DNA from: Oscillospiraceae bacterium | GTDB taxonomy: Bacteria; Bacillota; Clostridia; Oscillospirales; Acutalibacteraceae | Assembly: GCA_031556545.1 (NCBI GenBank) | Contig: JAVBST010000004.1 | Span: 46,886 to 110,885 of the forward strand | DNA length: 64,000 bases | Direction: 5' to 3' | Shown here: in pieces, positions 10,145 to 20,114 of the stretch | Numbering within the stretch: the stretch's first letter is position 1 | Layout of the letters: each line of letters starts with the position of its first letter | Made by a program: the position numbers and the translations under genes | The notes under the pieces: model-generated | What the model saw: the letters and a program-made list of their open reading frames with translations, nothing else | The model's database searches: none | Told to the model about the DNA's origin: nothing

Positions 10145-10864
10145 TTACCGGGTCGTAGCCGCACAAATGCCATAGACCGCCTTTGCGCCCGCCGCCAGCA
10201 AGCACTGCGCGCACTCATGCAAAGTCGCCCCCGTAGTCTGGATATCGTCGCAAAGCAGGATCGTCTTGCCGCTTACGCAGGCCCCTTCCTTCACCCGAAA
10301 AGCACCCTTGACATTTTCAATCCGCTGCCGGGCCTTCAGGGTATGCTGGGGCGCCACATCCCGGGCTTTGATCAGCAAATGCGGTTCAAAGGCAATCCCT
10401 CGATGAGGGGCAATGGCCCGAGCCAGCAATTCACTTTGATTATAGCGCCTGTCCCGATATGTATTGGTATGCAGGGGCACCACGGTCATGCAGTCAAAAG
10501 CAATATCCGGGAAGCATTTGGCAAGCGTCCGGTTCATCGCCTGGGCAAAAAATTGTGCATATTGTTTTTGTTCCTTAAATTTAAAGGACACAAGCGCCTC
10601 TTGAATTGCGCCTTCATAGTAAAAAGGCGCCCCACAGGCCTGATAGGCATAGGCAAGACGATGGCCGCTGCAATCCGACCGCTGCCGGCCGCAGCGGGGG
10701 CACAGGGGCGGCTGTATGGCAGGGAGCGTTGCAAGACAGCTTGGGCAAAAAGGCGTACCTGCGTCGACGATGGCATGACAACCGGCGCAACGCACCGGAA
10801 ACAGCATCCGCAACAGCGCCGAAAGAACCGAGTTCTTTCCCACCCGCATCTCCTCCTCAATCAT
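10145..10864 (-). CDS. comFC: ComF family protein (phosphoribosyltransferase domain)
   Basis: N-terminal CxxC...CxxC zinc finger and C-terminal PRTase motif ILLCDDIQTTGATL. The start may instead be MRVGK at 10849. Confidence 0.8.
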   Translation of the reverse strand: MIEEEMRVGKNSVLSALLRMLFPVRCAGCHAIVDAGTPFCPSCLATLPAIQPPLCPRCGRQRSDCSGHRLAYAYQACGAPFYYEGAIQEALVSFKFKEQKQYAQFFAQAMNRTLAKCFPDIAFDCMTVVPLHTNTYRDRRYNQSELLARAIAPHRGIAFEPHLLIKARDVAPQHTLKARQRIENVKGAFRVKEGACVSGKTILLCDDIQTTGATLHECAQCLLAAGAKAVYGICAATTR

Positions 10865-10900
10865 TCCGCTTTAACGCAGGGATACTCCGGCGCAGCCAGT

Positions 10901-13129
10901 TTAAACGCCGGAGCCATAGGTTGCATCCGTCTCGCACAGCATCGTTTTCAGCCCACTGTATCGCTTACCCTTGGCAACGTTTTGAATCATTCTTGAAACC
11001 ACCTCTGCGTCTCCCAGCAAAATCAGCAGGCTTTTGGCCCGGGTCACCGCCGTATAAAAGAGGTTTCGATAACATAAAAGCGATGCGACCTGCAACACCG
11101 GCATGATCACCGCCTCATATTCGCTGCCCTGGCTCTTATGAACCGTGATGGCGTATGCGAGTTCCAGGTCGCCCAGGCATTCCATGGGGTAAAAGGCCGT
11201 CCGGTCCTCAAAGCGTATGTTCATCCCACCTGCACGCATATCAATGGTTTCCACCCGCCCAATATCGCCGTTGAAAATTCCAGTCCCGATTTCGCCGCCG
11301 TCCCGGGTCCATTCGAGGCCGTAATTGTTTTTCGTTTGCATCACTTTGTCCCCTTCCCGCAGGACAAAGGACTTCATGTGCAGTTCCTTCTTATGGATTC
11401 CCGGCGGATTCACCGCTTTTTGCAAAATTTGATTGAGCTGCACGGTGCCCAGCAGTCCCTTGCGGGAAGGGCAAAGCACCTGAATATCGCTGTCTGCCGA
11501 ATAGCCGTAACTGGCGGGCAGGCGGCGGATATACAAATCCGCGACGGTCTGCTGCGCCCGTTCAGGCACCGGCTCTTTGAGGAAGAAGAAATCGCTGTCC
11601 CGCTGTGCAAGGCTTGGCATTTCCCCCTGTACAATGCGGTGCGCATTGGTAACAATGAGACTGCCCATCGCCTGCCGGAAAATTTCTTTAAGCTCGATGA
11701 CAGGCAAGCGTCCCGAATCAATCAGGTCGTGCAGAACATTGCCGGGGCCGACCGGCGGAAGCTGATGCGCATCCCCCACCAAAATCAGGCGGCAACTCAA
11801 AGGCAGCGCCTCCAGTACACTCCGGAACAGAAAGATATCGATCATGGACACTTCATCCAAGATAACCACATCAGCATCCAAGGGATTCTTCTCATTGCGC
11901 GCAAAGAATTGCCGTTCCTCGTTACTCCATTCCACTTCCAGCAACCGATGGATGGTTTTGGCCTCCATCCCCGTCAATTCCGTCATCCGCTTGGCGGCTC
12001 GGCCAGTGGGCGCCGCCAATACAATTTTATAGTTTTGCCGCTCAAAAAGGCGAATCATGCCTTTGAGGGTGGTGGTTTTCCCTGTGCCAGGCCCTCCGGT
12101 TAAGATGAGTATCCCTTTGGCCACGGCGGTTTCCATGGCCTGCCGCTGTCTGTCAGCAAAAGTCAGATGCAGCTCCTCCTCGATTTGCCGAATCTCCTCC
12201 CTTTGCAGCAAAAATCCGGCGGGAGGAAACTGTAAAATACGCTTCAGGGTTCCCGCCGCATAGCTTTCCGCAGCAAAGGCCGATTGCAAAAACAAAAAGT
12301 CGATTTCGCGCATTCGTTTTGGCACTAACGCTTCTTCCGCTATGAGGGCTTCAATTGCTTCCTCCACCGCCTGTTCACTGCCTTGCAACAAGCTCATCGC
12401 AAGCGGAAGCACCTTATGGCGCGGGGCGCAGGTGTGTCCCGATTGATAAAGATTGTGAGCCAGCACATGCAAAATCCCCGCTTTCACGCGGAATATCGGA
12501 TTTAGATGTTCCTCCATTCTGGCTGCGATCTCGTCCACCCGCTCAAAGCGGATATGTAATCCCTCACCACACAATATATAGGGATTCTTCTTGATAAGCT
12601 CCACACAGGCCACACCAAAGCGCTCATGTATGCGCAGGGATTCACTGGGCGTCAGTCCCCAGTTGCTCAAGGAGAGCATCACCTGCCGGACCGAAAACTG
12701 CTTTCGATATTCCTCCGCAATTTTTTCGGCCTTTTTGGGCGAAATCCCCTGTACTTCTACAAGGCGGTCCGGCGCCTTTTCCAAAATATCCAGAGTATCC
12801 TCGCCGAATAAATCCACAATCCGTTTCGCCGTTACTGGGCCAATGCCTTTAACACTGCCCGAGGACAGATACTGCAAAATGGCGGAACGTGTGGCGGGCA
12901 ATTGCCGCTCCACAGATTCCGCCTTAAACTGCGGGCCAAAGGTGGGATGGGTATCATGCCGTCCGCGCACAATCAGCGTTTCCCCCTGACCACACTCGGG
13001 CAGAACCCCCACGACCGTGACCAGCTCCTCGCCTGTATCCAACTCCAAAACCGTAAAGCCTGTATGGTCGTTGCGAAAAACAATCGCACCGGCCACACCC
13101 GTCAATTCGGTCCATTCCTGTTCCAGCAC
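10901..13129 (-). CDS. recD2: ATP-dependent RecD2-like DNA helicase
   Basis: 742 aa, helix-hairpin-helix N-terminal region, Walker A LTGGPGTGKTT, DEVSMID, SF1B C-terminal motifs (TVHKSQGSEY). Confidence 0.9.
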   Translation of the reverse strand: MLEQEWTELTGVAGAIVFRNDHTGFTVLELDTGEELVTVVGVLPECGQGETLIVRGRHDTHPTFGPQFKAESVERQLPATRSAILQYLSSGSVKGIGPVTAKRIVDLFGEDTLDILEKAPDRLVEVQGISPKKAEKIAEEYRKQFSVRQVMLSLSNWGLTPSESLRIHERFGVACVELIKKNPYILCGEGLHIRFERVDEIAARMEEHLNPIFRVKAGILHVLAHNLYQSGHTCAPRHKVLPLAMSLLQGSEQAVEEAIEALIAEEALVPKRMREIDFLFLQSAFAAESYAAGTLKRILQFPPAGFLLQREEIRQIEEELHLTFADRQRQAMETAVAKGILILTGGPGTGKTTTLKGMIRLFERQNYKIVLAAPTGRAAKRMTELTGMEAKTIHRLLEVEWSNEERQFFARNEKNPLDADVVILDEVSMIDIFLFRSVLEALPLSCRLILVGDAHQLPPVGPGNVLHDLIDSGRLPVIELKEIFRQAMGSLIVTNAHRIVQGEMPSLAQRDSDFFFLKEPVPERAQQTVADLYIRRLPASYGYSADSDIQVLCPSRKGLLGTVQLNQILQKAVNPPGIHKKELHMKSFVLREGDKVMQTKNNYGLEWTRDGGEIGTGIFNGDIGRVETIDMRAGGMNIRFEDRTAFYPMECLGDLELAYAITVHKSQGSEYEAVIMPVLQVASLLCYRNLFYTAVTRAKSLLILLGDAEVVSRMIQNVAKGKRYSGLKTMLCETDATYGSGV

Positions 13130-13139
13130 TCTTTATCCC

Positions 13140-14174
13140 TCACCAACACTTTGCTTTGTCCGCTTTTACCGTACAGGTCTCTTTTTTATCACAGTCATAG
13201 CAGACCTCATTTTCTAAAAAGACGCCTTCTTGGTAGGCCATCAGATTCTTGATGGTGACTTCGGCAATTTCAGACAAGGCCTCCTTGGTTAGAAAGGCCT
13301 GATGGGAAGTTACCAGCACATTGGGGTAGGAGATCAGCCGTAACAAATTGTCATCGGTAATGACCACTCCCGAAAGATCTTCGTAAAAATAATCGCTCTC
13401 CTCTTCGTACACATCCAGTCCCGCACCGCCAATTTTCCCATTGCGCAGTCCCTCAATCAGAGCCTCTGTCTCAATCAGTCCCCCTCGAGAGGTATTGATT
13501 ATAAACACGTCCGGCTTCATACGCTGAATGGCGCTCTTGTTTACAATATGCCAGGTGTCAGGGGTCAGCGGACAATGCAAGGAAATGATGTCCGAGCGCT
13601 CAAAGAGCTCCTGCATGGACACGTAAGCAATATCGGCATTTGGAGCCGGATAGGGATCATAGGCCATCACCTGCATCCCGAAGCCCTTGCAAATATCAAT
13701 AAAACAGCGGCCGATTTGCCCGGTACCGACCACTCCGGCCATTTTGCCATACAAATCAATCCCCATGAGACCGTTTAGGGTAAAGTTTCCCTCCCGCGTG
13801 CGTGCGTAGGCTTTATGGATCTTACGATTCATAGATAATAACAGCGCCGCCGCATGCTCCGCCACGGCCCGTGGAGAATAGGCAGGTACACGTACCACAT
13901 GTACTTTCCCAAAAGCGGCGCGGAAGTCCACATTATTGTAACCCGCACAACGTAGCGCCAACAGGTGTACGCCATAGGCGTCCAGCAAGTCCAAGGTCTT
14001 TTCATCAATCACGTCATTCACAAAAGCGCAAACCGCGTCAAATCCCTGCGCCAGCACCGCCGTATCGGCGCGCAGCTTATACTCAAAATAGGCAACTTCC
14101 ATCCCGGCGCGCTGAAAGCCCTCATCAAAATACAGGCGATCATAAGGCTTAGTATCAAAAAATGCAATCCGCAT
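13140..14174 (-). CDS. ldhA: D-isomer-specific 2-hydroxyacid dehydrogenase (D-lactate dehydrogenase-like)
   Basis: NAD-binding GVVGTGQIGR and the catalytic R..E..H pattern of the D-2-HADH family. Carries a short Cys-rich C-terminal tail (CYDCDKKETC...KCW). Confidence 0.8.
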   Translation of the reverse strand: MRIAFFDTKPYDRLYFDEGFQRAGMEVAYFEYKLRADTAVLAQGFDAVCAFVNDVIDEKTLDLLDAYGVHLLALRCAGYNNVDFRAAFGKVHVVRVPAYSPRAVAEHAAALLLSMNRKIHKAYARTREGNFTLNGLMGIDLYGKMAGVVGTGQIGRCFIDICKGFGMQVMAYDPYPAPNADIAYVSMQELFERSDIISLHCPLTPDTWHIVNKSAIQRMKPDVFIINTSRGGLIETEALIEGLRNGKIGGAGLDVYEEESDYFYEDLSGVVITDDNLLRLISYPNVLVTSHQAFLTKEALSEIAEVTIKNLMAYQEGVFLENEVCYDCDKKETCTVKADKAKCW

Positions 14175-14405
14175 GAAAAAGGGGCCTCCTCTTGGTTTTC
14201 AATCTAGCACTCAACGCCGCCAAACTGCGGCATGCCTATAAAAACTGGTCCGTATGCAGTTGTATGTCCTCCCTCCGCGATTATCGCATGGGCGAAGCAG
14301 CGGATGGGATGTCTCCATTACACCCGATTAAGCATAGAACAATTTCAAAATCAGAACATAATGAACCTTATTAGTATACCACATTGCCAGCGGATATACC
14401 AGTAA

Positions 14406-14440
14406 TTAGGCTGCTCTCGCTCCACGCAAAAGCAGCCTAA
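14406..14440 (-). terminator. 10-bp perfect hairpin after nrdR
   Basis: TTAGGCTGCT, 15-nt loop, AGCAGCCTAA; weak U-tract. Confidence 0.5.
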
Positions 14441-14453
14441 GAAATTTTATAGA

Positions 14454-14912
14454 TTACTGTCGCTCATTCAACAGTTTATTGAGTTCTTCCATAAAGGTAT
14501 TGATGTCTTTAAAGTGACGGTAGACCGATGCAAACCGCACATAAGCCACTTCATCAATATCCTTGAGTTTTTTCATTACGAGTTCCCCAATGTAAATGGA
14601 AGTGACTTCGCGGTCAAGCGTGTTCTGCAAAAGAGCCTCAATCTCATCCACGGCAACCTCCAGCGTCTCAATGGATACAGCGCGCTTCTCACAGGCCCGT
14701 AACATACCGTTGAGAATCTTATTGCGGTTAAACACTTCCCTGGACTTGTCCTTTTTCACGACCACGATGGGTACGCTCTCAATAATTTCGTAGGTTGTGA
14801 AGCGCTTGGTGCACTTTAGGCATTCACGTCTGCGGCGAATTCGCTCCCCCTCATCCGTTGGCCGGGAATCAATGACTTTGCTTTCTTCGTAAGAACAAAA
14901 AGGACATTTCAA
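14454..14912 (-). CDS. nrdR: Transcriptional repressor NrdR
   Basis: [17 protein letters not shown]...CLKC zinc ribbon plus an ATP-cone. Confidence 0.95.
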   Translation of the reverse strand: MKCPFCSYEESKVIDSRPTDEGERIRRRRECLKCTKRFTTYEIIESVPIVVVKKDKSREVFNRNKILNGMLRACEKRAVSIETLEVAVDEIEALLQNTLDREVTSIYIGELVMKKLKDIDEVAYVRFASVYRHFKDINTFMEELNKLLNERQ

Positions 14913-14984
14913 GCTCCCCTCACCTCCCCAATTTTTATATATTATAGCACAGGGAACGGGAAGGTTGCAAACAAATTTCTCCTA

Positions 14985-15290
14985 TTATCCCAAATATTCC
15001 ACCCCATATCGTTCCTCCAAATAATCTTCTATAAATTCCTGCAAAAACCTGCCCCGAATTTTTTCTTTTTGCAATAAATCAATCAACTCCTCCACCTCTT
15101 TTCGATCCGTTCCGACGTCCTCCAGCGTCTCTGTTTGGGTCTTGTCCTGCCAGCGGGTTGTTGCCCGAATGCCATACACCGGTACGGCTGGCAGCTCGTC
15201 CTCCTGCCTCCAACCCGAAACCATCTCAAAAGTTGATTCTGGCACTTCCCGCTTGTTTTTCTGTTGTTCCATTATGCTGATTAACGGCAT
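14985..15290 (-). CDS. Hypothetical acidic protein, 101 aa
   Basis: GGAGGGG lies 7 nt upstream of the ATG. No motif recognised. Confidence 0.5.
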   Translation of the reverse strand: MPLISIMEQQKNKREVPESTFEMVSGWRQEDELPAVPVYGIRATTRWQDKTQTETLEDVGTDRKEVEELIDLLQKEKIRGRFLQEFIEDYLEERYGVEYLG

Positions 15291-15511
15291 TTCTTACCCC
15301 TCCGCACTGTTATTCGTGAATTAATTTCACTCTTAATTACATTATACTTGAAATTTCCATTCTGTCAATATATCATCCAATTTTGTAATAATATACCATA
15401 TTGGTACAGAATCCGCCCTTTTTGCAACCAAGAACTTATATTGCATACGCAAGACAGACCGTGATACGACAGCCACAGTGCCGCAGAATTTTTTCCTGCG
15501 CTGTTGCACAG

Positions 15512-15548
15512 AAAAAAAATACCGCCGGAGTGCTAACACTCCAGCGGT
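15512..15548 (-). terminator. Rho-independent terminator after mscL
   Basis: Minus strand reads ACCGCTGGAGTG-TTAG-CACTCCGGCGGT followed by ATTTTTTTT. Confidence 0.8.
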
Positions 15549-15562
15549 TCCTTCTTCAATTA

Positions 15563-16048
15563 TCAGGCGGGCACCTCGCCACCTTCCAGCGTAGAGGTGC
15601 AGTGGGGGCAACGCACCGCTTCCAAGGCAATCTCCGTTTTGCAGTAGGGGCAGTCCTTGGTAGTGGGCGCTTCCTCATTCTTGGTTCTGGTCTTATCCAT
15701 GATAGAATTAATAATTTTGACCAGTATGAATATCACGAGTGCCATAAACAGGAAATTGATCACACTGGTGAGGAAGCTGCCAAAGCTGAGGGTTGCGGCT
15801 CCTGCCGCCTTAGCTTCCTCCAAAGTTGCGTAATGTTCACCGTTGAGGGCAATAAACCAATTGGAATAGTCTACGCCGCCAGTCACTAAACTCACGATTG
15901 GCATAATCACATCGTCAATCAAAGACTTCACAATGGTTTGAAACGCGCCTCCTATGATCACGCCAACGGCCAACCCGATCACATTGCCCTTCTCAATAAA
16001 TTTTCGGAATTCCTGAAAAAATGATTTAATGCCCTTGCTTGCTTTCAC
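15563..16048 (-). CDS. mscL: Large-conductance mechanosensitive channel MscL with a C-terminal CxxC...CxxC zinc-ribbon tail
   Basis: ORF 15563..16489 trimmed to GTG 16048, after AAAGGTGG. Reads KGIKSFFQEFRKFIEKGNVIGLAVGVIIGGAF...IMPIV; the tail is CPYCKTEIALEAVRCPHCTS. Confidence 0.85.
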   Translation of the reverse strand: MKASKGIKSFFQEFRKFIEKGNVIGLAVGVIIGGAFQTIVKSLIDDVIMPIVSLVTGGVDYSNWFIALNGEHYATLEEAKAAGAATLSFGSFLTSVINFLFMALVIFILVKIINSIMDKTRTKNEEAPTTKDCPYCKTEIALEAVRCPHCTSTLEGGEVPA

Positions 16049-16070
16049 GGTATGTAACCACCTTTCATTT

Positions 16071-16868
16071 TTAATTCCCATTGCTGAGAATGGATTCCAA
16101 ATACATTTTGCCCTGCAGTAGTTCTTGCTGTGTCTTAAAGTTGTCCCGATACACTTCCATGATATAATCCCCGTCATAATGCATTTGCTGGAGTTTTTGG
16201 AAGAAGCGGCAAAAGTCAAAGCTTCCCTCTCCGGGCACCATACAAGTGTTCTCCGACATGTGGTCGTTGATATGCACATGCACCATGGAGGGCCCCAACC
16301 GTTCCACATATTCCATGGGATCGATTTTTTCCCGCACCGCCTGCTTAATGTCAAACACCATCTTAAAGTCCGATCCCATAAAATCCCGCATTGCACAGAG
16401 AAAATCCGGTAATCCGGCTCGATAGCCCACCACATTCTCCTGGGCGAAATGCACACCCCAGGCGCGCCCCATCTCATACAGCTGTGCAAAACGCGTAAAA
16501 TATTCTTCCTGGCTGATCACCCCAGGCTGCCGGGAACCATGGATGACAATATACCTGGCCCCAATCTCACTGGCGGCCTCGCAATATTTTTTATAGAATT
16601 CAAGAGAATCATAAAAGCGCCGCTCATAATTACTGAAAAGCATCACGGTTTCAAACGCGGGGGTAAAGGGATGCACGGAAGAAATCCGTATCCCGTAACT
16701 ATCTGCGATTCGCTTGAGGTTTTTGCAAAAATCCTTTTCCAGCTCACTGAAGGTATTGATAAATATTTCCGTGCAGGAAAATCCAAGTTCCCCCACCGTA
16801 TGGAGAGCTCTTTCGGTTTCCTCCGGATAAAAACACGCTGTTGATACTCCTACCATGATTACTGCCAT
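16071..16868 (-). CDS. Sugar phosphate isomerase/epimerase (xylose isomerase-like TIM barrel)
   Basis: AP-endonuclease-2/TIM-barrel-like sequence from MAVIMVGVSTACFYPEETERAL. The N-terminal 71 codons of the tracked ORF look spurious; the exact start is uncertain (16856-16895). Confidence 0.7.
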   Translation of the reverse strand: MAVIMVGVSTACFYPEETERALHTVGELGFSCTEIFINTFSELEKDFCKNLKRIADSYGIRISSVHPFTPAFETVMLFSNYERRFYDSLEFYKKYCEAASEIGARYIVIHGSRQPGVISQEEYFTRFAQLYEMGRAWGVHFAQENVVGYRAGLPDFLCAMRDFMGSDFKMVFDIKQAVREKIDPMEYVERLGPSMVHVHINDHMSENTCMVPGEGSFDFCRFFQKLQQMHYDGDYIMEVYRDNFKTQQELLQGKMYLESILSNGN

Positions 16869-17095
16869 TTCTCTGCGCGGGCTCGGGCCATTCATTCTAA
16901 ATATTTTCACTGCCGTCCCTTCGCGCAGCAAAGGTGGAAATGTGGCAGTGATCCCAAAAAAGATATGCATTTTACCAACATTTTTACATTGTATCTCGGT
17001 ATAAAGGATGCTAAGATTATGACAGTCGTAAGCATTATACGAATCTGCAAGGGATACACTTGAAGCGTAAATTAAATACATAAAGGAGGAATTCC

Positions 17096-17359
17096 GTGAT
17101 TACACGCGAGTTTGTGCAATCCATCCGGAAGATTAATCCAGTATCCAAAACCATTATTGCTTTTGGCGCAGCCTTATCCATGGGACTGCTGATCTTTGCC
17201 GCCGGGCTCAGCCTGAGCGCATCCGCGTTGGGTAACTACTGGCACTATCAAAAATTTGCCATTGAAATAGTCAATACCGTCGGACGAATCTTTGTCGCCG
17301 CACTCATTCCCGCATTGATTGCCGATTTGGTTGTCCAAGGACGTACATTCAAAATGTAA
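17096..17359 (+). CDS. Small hypothetical membrane protein, 87 aa
   Basis: GTG start after AAAGGAGGA; two hydrophobic helices; followed by a terminator. Confidence 0.5.
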   Translation: MITREFVQSIRKINPVSKTIIAFGAALSMGLLIFAAGLSLSASALGNYWHYQKFAIEIVNTVGRIFVAALIPALIADLVVQGRTFKM

Positions 17360-17388
17360 CGCAAAGAAGTTAACTACATATACCGTGA

Positions 17389-17420
17389 AATGACCGCTCC
17401 AAAAAGAGCGGTCATTCTTT
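17389..17420. terminator. Bidirectional terminator between the small plus-strand ORF and secF
   Basis: AATGACCGCTC-CAAAAA-GAGCGGTCATT followed by CTTT. Confidence 0.65.
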
Positions 17421-17437
17421 GGTTTATTATAGGCGCA

Positions 17438-18394
17438 TTATGCAGTTGCCTTTTTGGCCTCCCGCTTGCGGTCGCGATACAACTCCCAAGTTACCCACAG
17501 GGGGCCCGCTACGAAAATGGAAGAATATGCGCCGAATATCACACCCACGCTCATCGGGATTGCAAAAGTGGTGATGGAGGTAAGACCCATGAGCCCTGCC
17601 ACTACAGCCACGGTCATGACGGCGAGGAAGGTTGCAATACTAACATTAAGGGAACGCGTAAAGGTCTGTCCCATACTCAGGTTGAGAAGTTCCGGTTTTG
17701 TGAGCTTGCCGCCCATCAGGCTCTTGTTCTCACGAATACGGTCGTAAATAACAATCGTATCGTTAAGGGAATAGCCCAGTATTGTCAGCACAACCGCGAT
17801 AAAATTGCTGTCAATATCAAAGCGGCAAATGATAAAGGTAAAGTAGACCAAAAGTACGTCATGGATGAGGGCAATAACCGCAGTGGTTCCAGCGGCAATC
17901 CCTCCGATTTTGCGGAAGCGCAAGGCTACATACAGCATCATAAAAATAGAGGCTAGGGCAATGGCGTAAATCCCCTTGAGTAAGAAGTCACGGCCCATGG
18001 AAGCATCCACACTGTTGAGTCTGAGCATGGTGAGCTCATTGTTCGGAAACGCATCATGCAGCGCCGTTGTGAGCTTGTCGCTTTGCTCCGTGGACATACC
18101 TGATTCGCCGGGCATGGTAATAATCAGGTTCTTTTCACCGGTGCTGGTGGTACTCTCTACCACTTCCACACGTGTTGCCATCTGATCGCTGACAATTTTA
18201 TCAACCTCATCCATGCCCACCTCTCCCGCATAGGAGTAGGTCATCATGATACCGCCCTTGAAACGCAAATCCAGGTGAGTCCCCAAAATAAAGTTGGCAA
18301 CAATACCGATAACCAAACAAGCTAAACTAATGGTAAAAAACAATTTCCGGTGTCCAAAAAAATCATAGTTTTGAATTTTACGCATTGTTTTCAC
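17438..18394 (-). CDS. secF: Protein translocase subunit SecF
   Basis: SecF-type six-TM protein overlapping the end of secD. Confidence 0.9.
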   Translation of the reverse strand: MKTMRKIQNYDFFGHRKLFFTISLACLVIGIVANFILGTHLDLRFKGGIMMTYSYAGEVGMDEVDKIVSDQMATRVEVVESTTSTGEKNLIITMPGESGMSTEQSDKLTTALHDAFPNNELTMLRLNSVDASMGRDFLLKGIYAIALASIFMMLYVALRFRKIGGIAAGTTAVIALIHDVLLVYFTFIICRFDIDSNFIAVVLTILGYSLNDTIVIYDRIRENKSLMGGKLTKPELLNLSMGQTFTRSLNVSIATFLAVMTVAVVAGLMGLTSITTFAIPMSVGVIFGAYSSIFVAGPLWVTWELYRDRKREAKKATA

Positions 18395-19748
18395 CTCCGT
18401 AAAGCTTTTTGTTACGGAATGGTTTAAACTTGGAGAGCCCCATTACCATAGCTCTGGAGGCGGAAACACCAAAGATAAAGTTGGCAATCACACCCAAAAG
18501 CAAGGTGAAGCCGAAGGAATAAATTTCACCGGTGGTAACGGCGCCGAACATAAAGGTAAAGGGTTTAACGATGACCGCAAAAATATTGCTTGGCGGTCCA
18601 AAGCATCCCATCAAAATGATGGATACGATAATCACCGTAATATTACCGTCAAAGATGGCCGAAAAGCTGTTGTGCTGACCAGCCACAATGGCGGAGTCCA
18701 GCGTCTTGCCCAATTTCAACTCATCTCGAATACGTTCGCAGGTAATAACGTTTGCGTCCACACCCATACCGATGGAGAGAATAATACCCGCTATACCGGG
18801 AAGGGTGAGGGTAAAGCTGGGAATAAAGTTGAAAAGACCCGATACCGCCGCAAGGGAAAAGGCCACCTGTCCGAGCAGTGCGACTACCGCAACGCCACCC
18901 GGGAGCTTATACAGCAGTATCATGAAAATGGCCACCAGTGCAAAGGCGATAATACCCGCCAACAGCACCGCATCCAATGCATTTTTACCCAAAGTGGGGT
19001 TAATTGTAGAGTAATTCTTGGTCTCCAGTTTGAAGGGAAGCGCACCGGCGTTGATCTTAGCCGCCAGATCCTGGGCGTCCTCCGCCGTGAAAGTGCCCGT
19101 GATGGAGGCGTTGCCATTTGAAATCTGGTTTTGAACCGTGGGGGCGGATATCATGGTTTCGTCCATCCAGATGGATATCTGCTTATTGAGCAGCCTGCCT
19201 GTAGCATCGGCAAATTTGTCCTTGCCGGTCGAGTTCAGCTCCAGCGCTACATAATGCTTCATTTCCTGAGAATCCCACTCGGACTTAGCGCTCCTGATAT
19301 CCTTGCCTTCCAGTACAACTGTCCCGGTCGCCTCCGTACCTTCACGGAAGGTCAGCTGCGCCGTCTCGCCCAACTCCTTGATCGCCAGCATGGGATCAAA
19401 ATTGGATTCGCCCTCTTTCCAGGGGAAACGCACAATAATACGCTGCGAGTTCTGATCTGTATACAACTCATAGTCTGCGATATTTTGGCTGATCAGACGC
19501 TGCTTAATGACCGATTCTGCGGACTGCAGTTCTTCCTTTGTCGCCGTAATATCTGCCGGCGGTGTATAGGTAACCTCCACGCCACCTTGAATGTCAATAC
19601 CCCACCGGATATCGCTTGCCCCTTTGATATAAATCGTTTTTACATCGCCAAATGTGCTGGATATACCAAAAAACGCACAATATGCCAATGCAAAAATGAG
19701 TAGGGCTACCACGAAAAACCGTACTCTACCCTTTCTCCTAACCTTCAT
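18378..19748 (-). CDS. secD: Protein translocase subunit SecD
   Basis: SecD periplasmic-domain and TM pattern. Start at MKVRRKG, after GGAGGAG. Confidence 0.9.
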   Translation of the reverse strand: MKVRRKGRVRFFVVALLIFALAYCAFFGISSTFGDVKTIYIKGASDIRWGIDIQGGVEVTYTPPADITATKEELQSAESVIKQRLISQNIADYELYTDQNSQRIIVRFPWKEGESNFDPMLAIKELGETAQLTFREGTEATGTVVLEGKDIRSAKSEWDSQEMKHYVALELNSTGKDKFADATGRLLNKQISIWMDETMISAPTVQNQISNGNASITGTFTAEDAQDLAAKINAGALPFKLETKNYSTINPTLGKNALDAVLLAGIIAFALVAIFMILLYKLPGGVAVVALLGQVAFSLAAVSGLFNFIPSFTLTLPGIAGIILSIGMGVDANVITCERIRDELKLGKTLDSAIVAGQHNSFSAIFDGNITVIIVSIILMGCFGPPSNIFAVIVKPFTFMFGAVTTGEIYSFGFTLLLGVIANFIFGVSASRAMVMGLSKFKPFRNKKLYGGENNA

Positions 19749-19827
19749 CGGCCACTCCTCCAAAGTTTACTTCATAATGCGACAAACAATAAAACATCCT
19801 GCTTGTCCGCTTTACGCTAACATTGCT

Positions 19828-19856
19828 ATTATATGGTTCTATACCGAAAATGTCAA
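19828..19856 (-). promoter_or_regulatory. Consensus sigma-A promoter for secDF
   Basis: Minus strand reads TTGACA, 17-nt spacer, TATAAT, about 80 nt upstream of secD. Confidence 0.6.
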
Positions 19857-20011
19857 TCAATTTTATTGAAATCTCTCAGTATTTTGACAGAAAAGCCCTA
19901 GGTAAGCACGGAATTGTTCTTGACTGGTGGATTTGCGAGAATTTTCCCTTCCGGCACGGTAAAAAAGCCGCCAATGTCATTGCTATTTAGCGCTTTTTTT
20001 CATATACGGGC

Positions 20012-20055
20012 GAAAAAAAGAACAGATAGGCGCCATCCGCGCTAACCGCTTATCT
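20012..20055 (-). terminator. Terminator after the aminotransferase gene
   Basis: Minus strand reads AGATAAGCG-loop-CGCCTATCT followed by GTTCTTTTTTTCG. Confidence 0.5.
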
Positions 20056-20114
20056 CGGCTGTAAAAAATGCTAAAGAAATTCTATTTTTCCGCAAGGCGT
20101 TTTGTCTTGAGCCC

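Noticed and set aside
10010-12103. Plus-strand ORFs 10010..10996 (328 aa) and 11138..12103 (321 aa)
   Set aside because: They are antisense shadows of comFC and recD2, with biased Arg/His/Pro composition and no motifs.
14290-14370. Possible Rex operator upstream of ldhA (GAACAATTTCAAAATCAGAACA)
   Set aside because: The two halves are direct rather than inverted repeats and do not fit TTGTGAA-N4-TTCACAA.
16049-16489. N-terminal 147 codons of the tracked 308-aa ORF 15563..16489
   Set aside because: This part overlaps the 3' end of the sugar-phosphate isomerase gene in another frame and has no MscL similarity. The MscL sequence begins exactly at an SD-preceded GTG at 16048.
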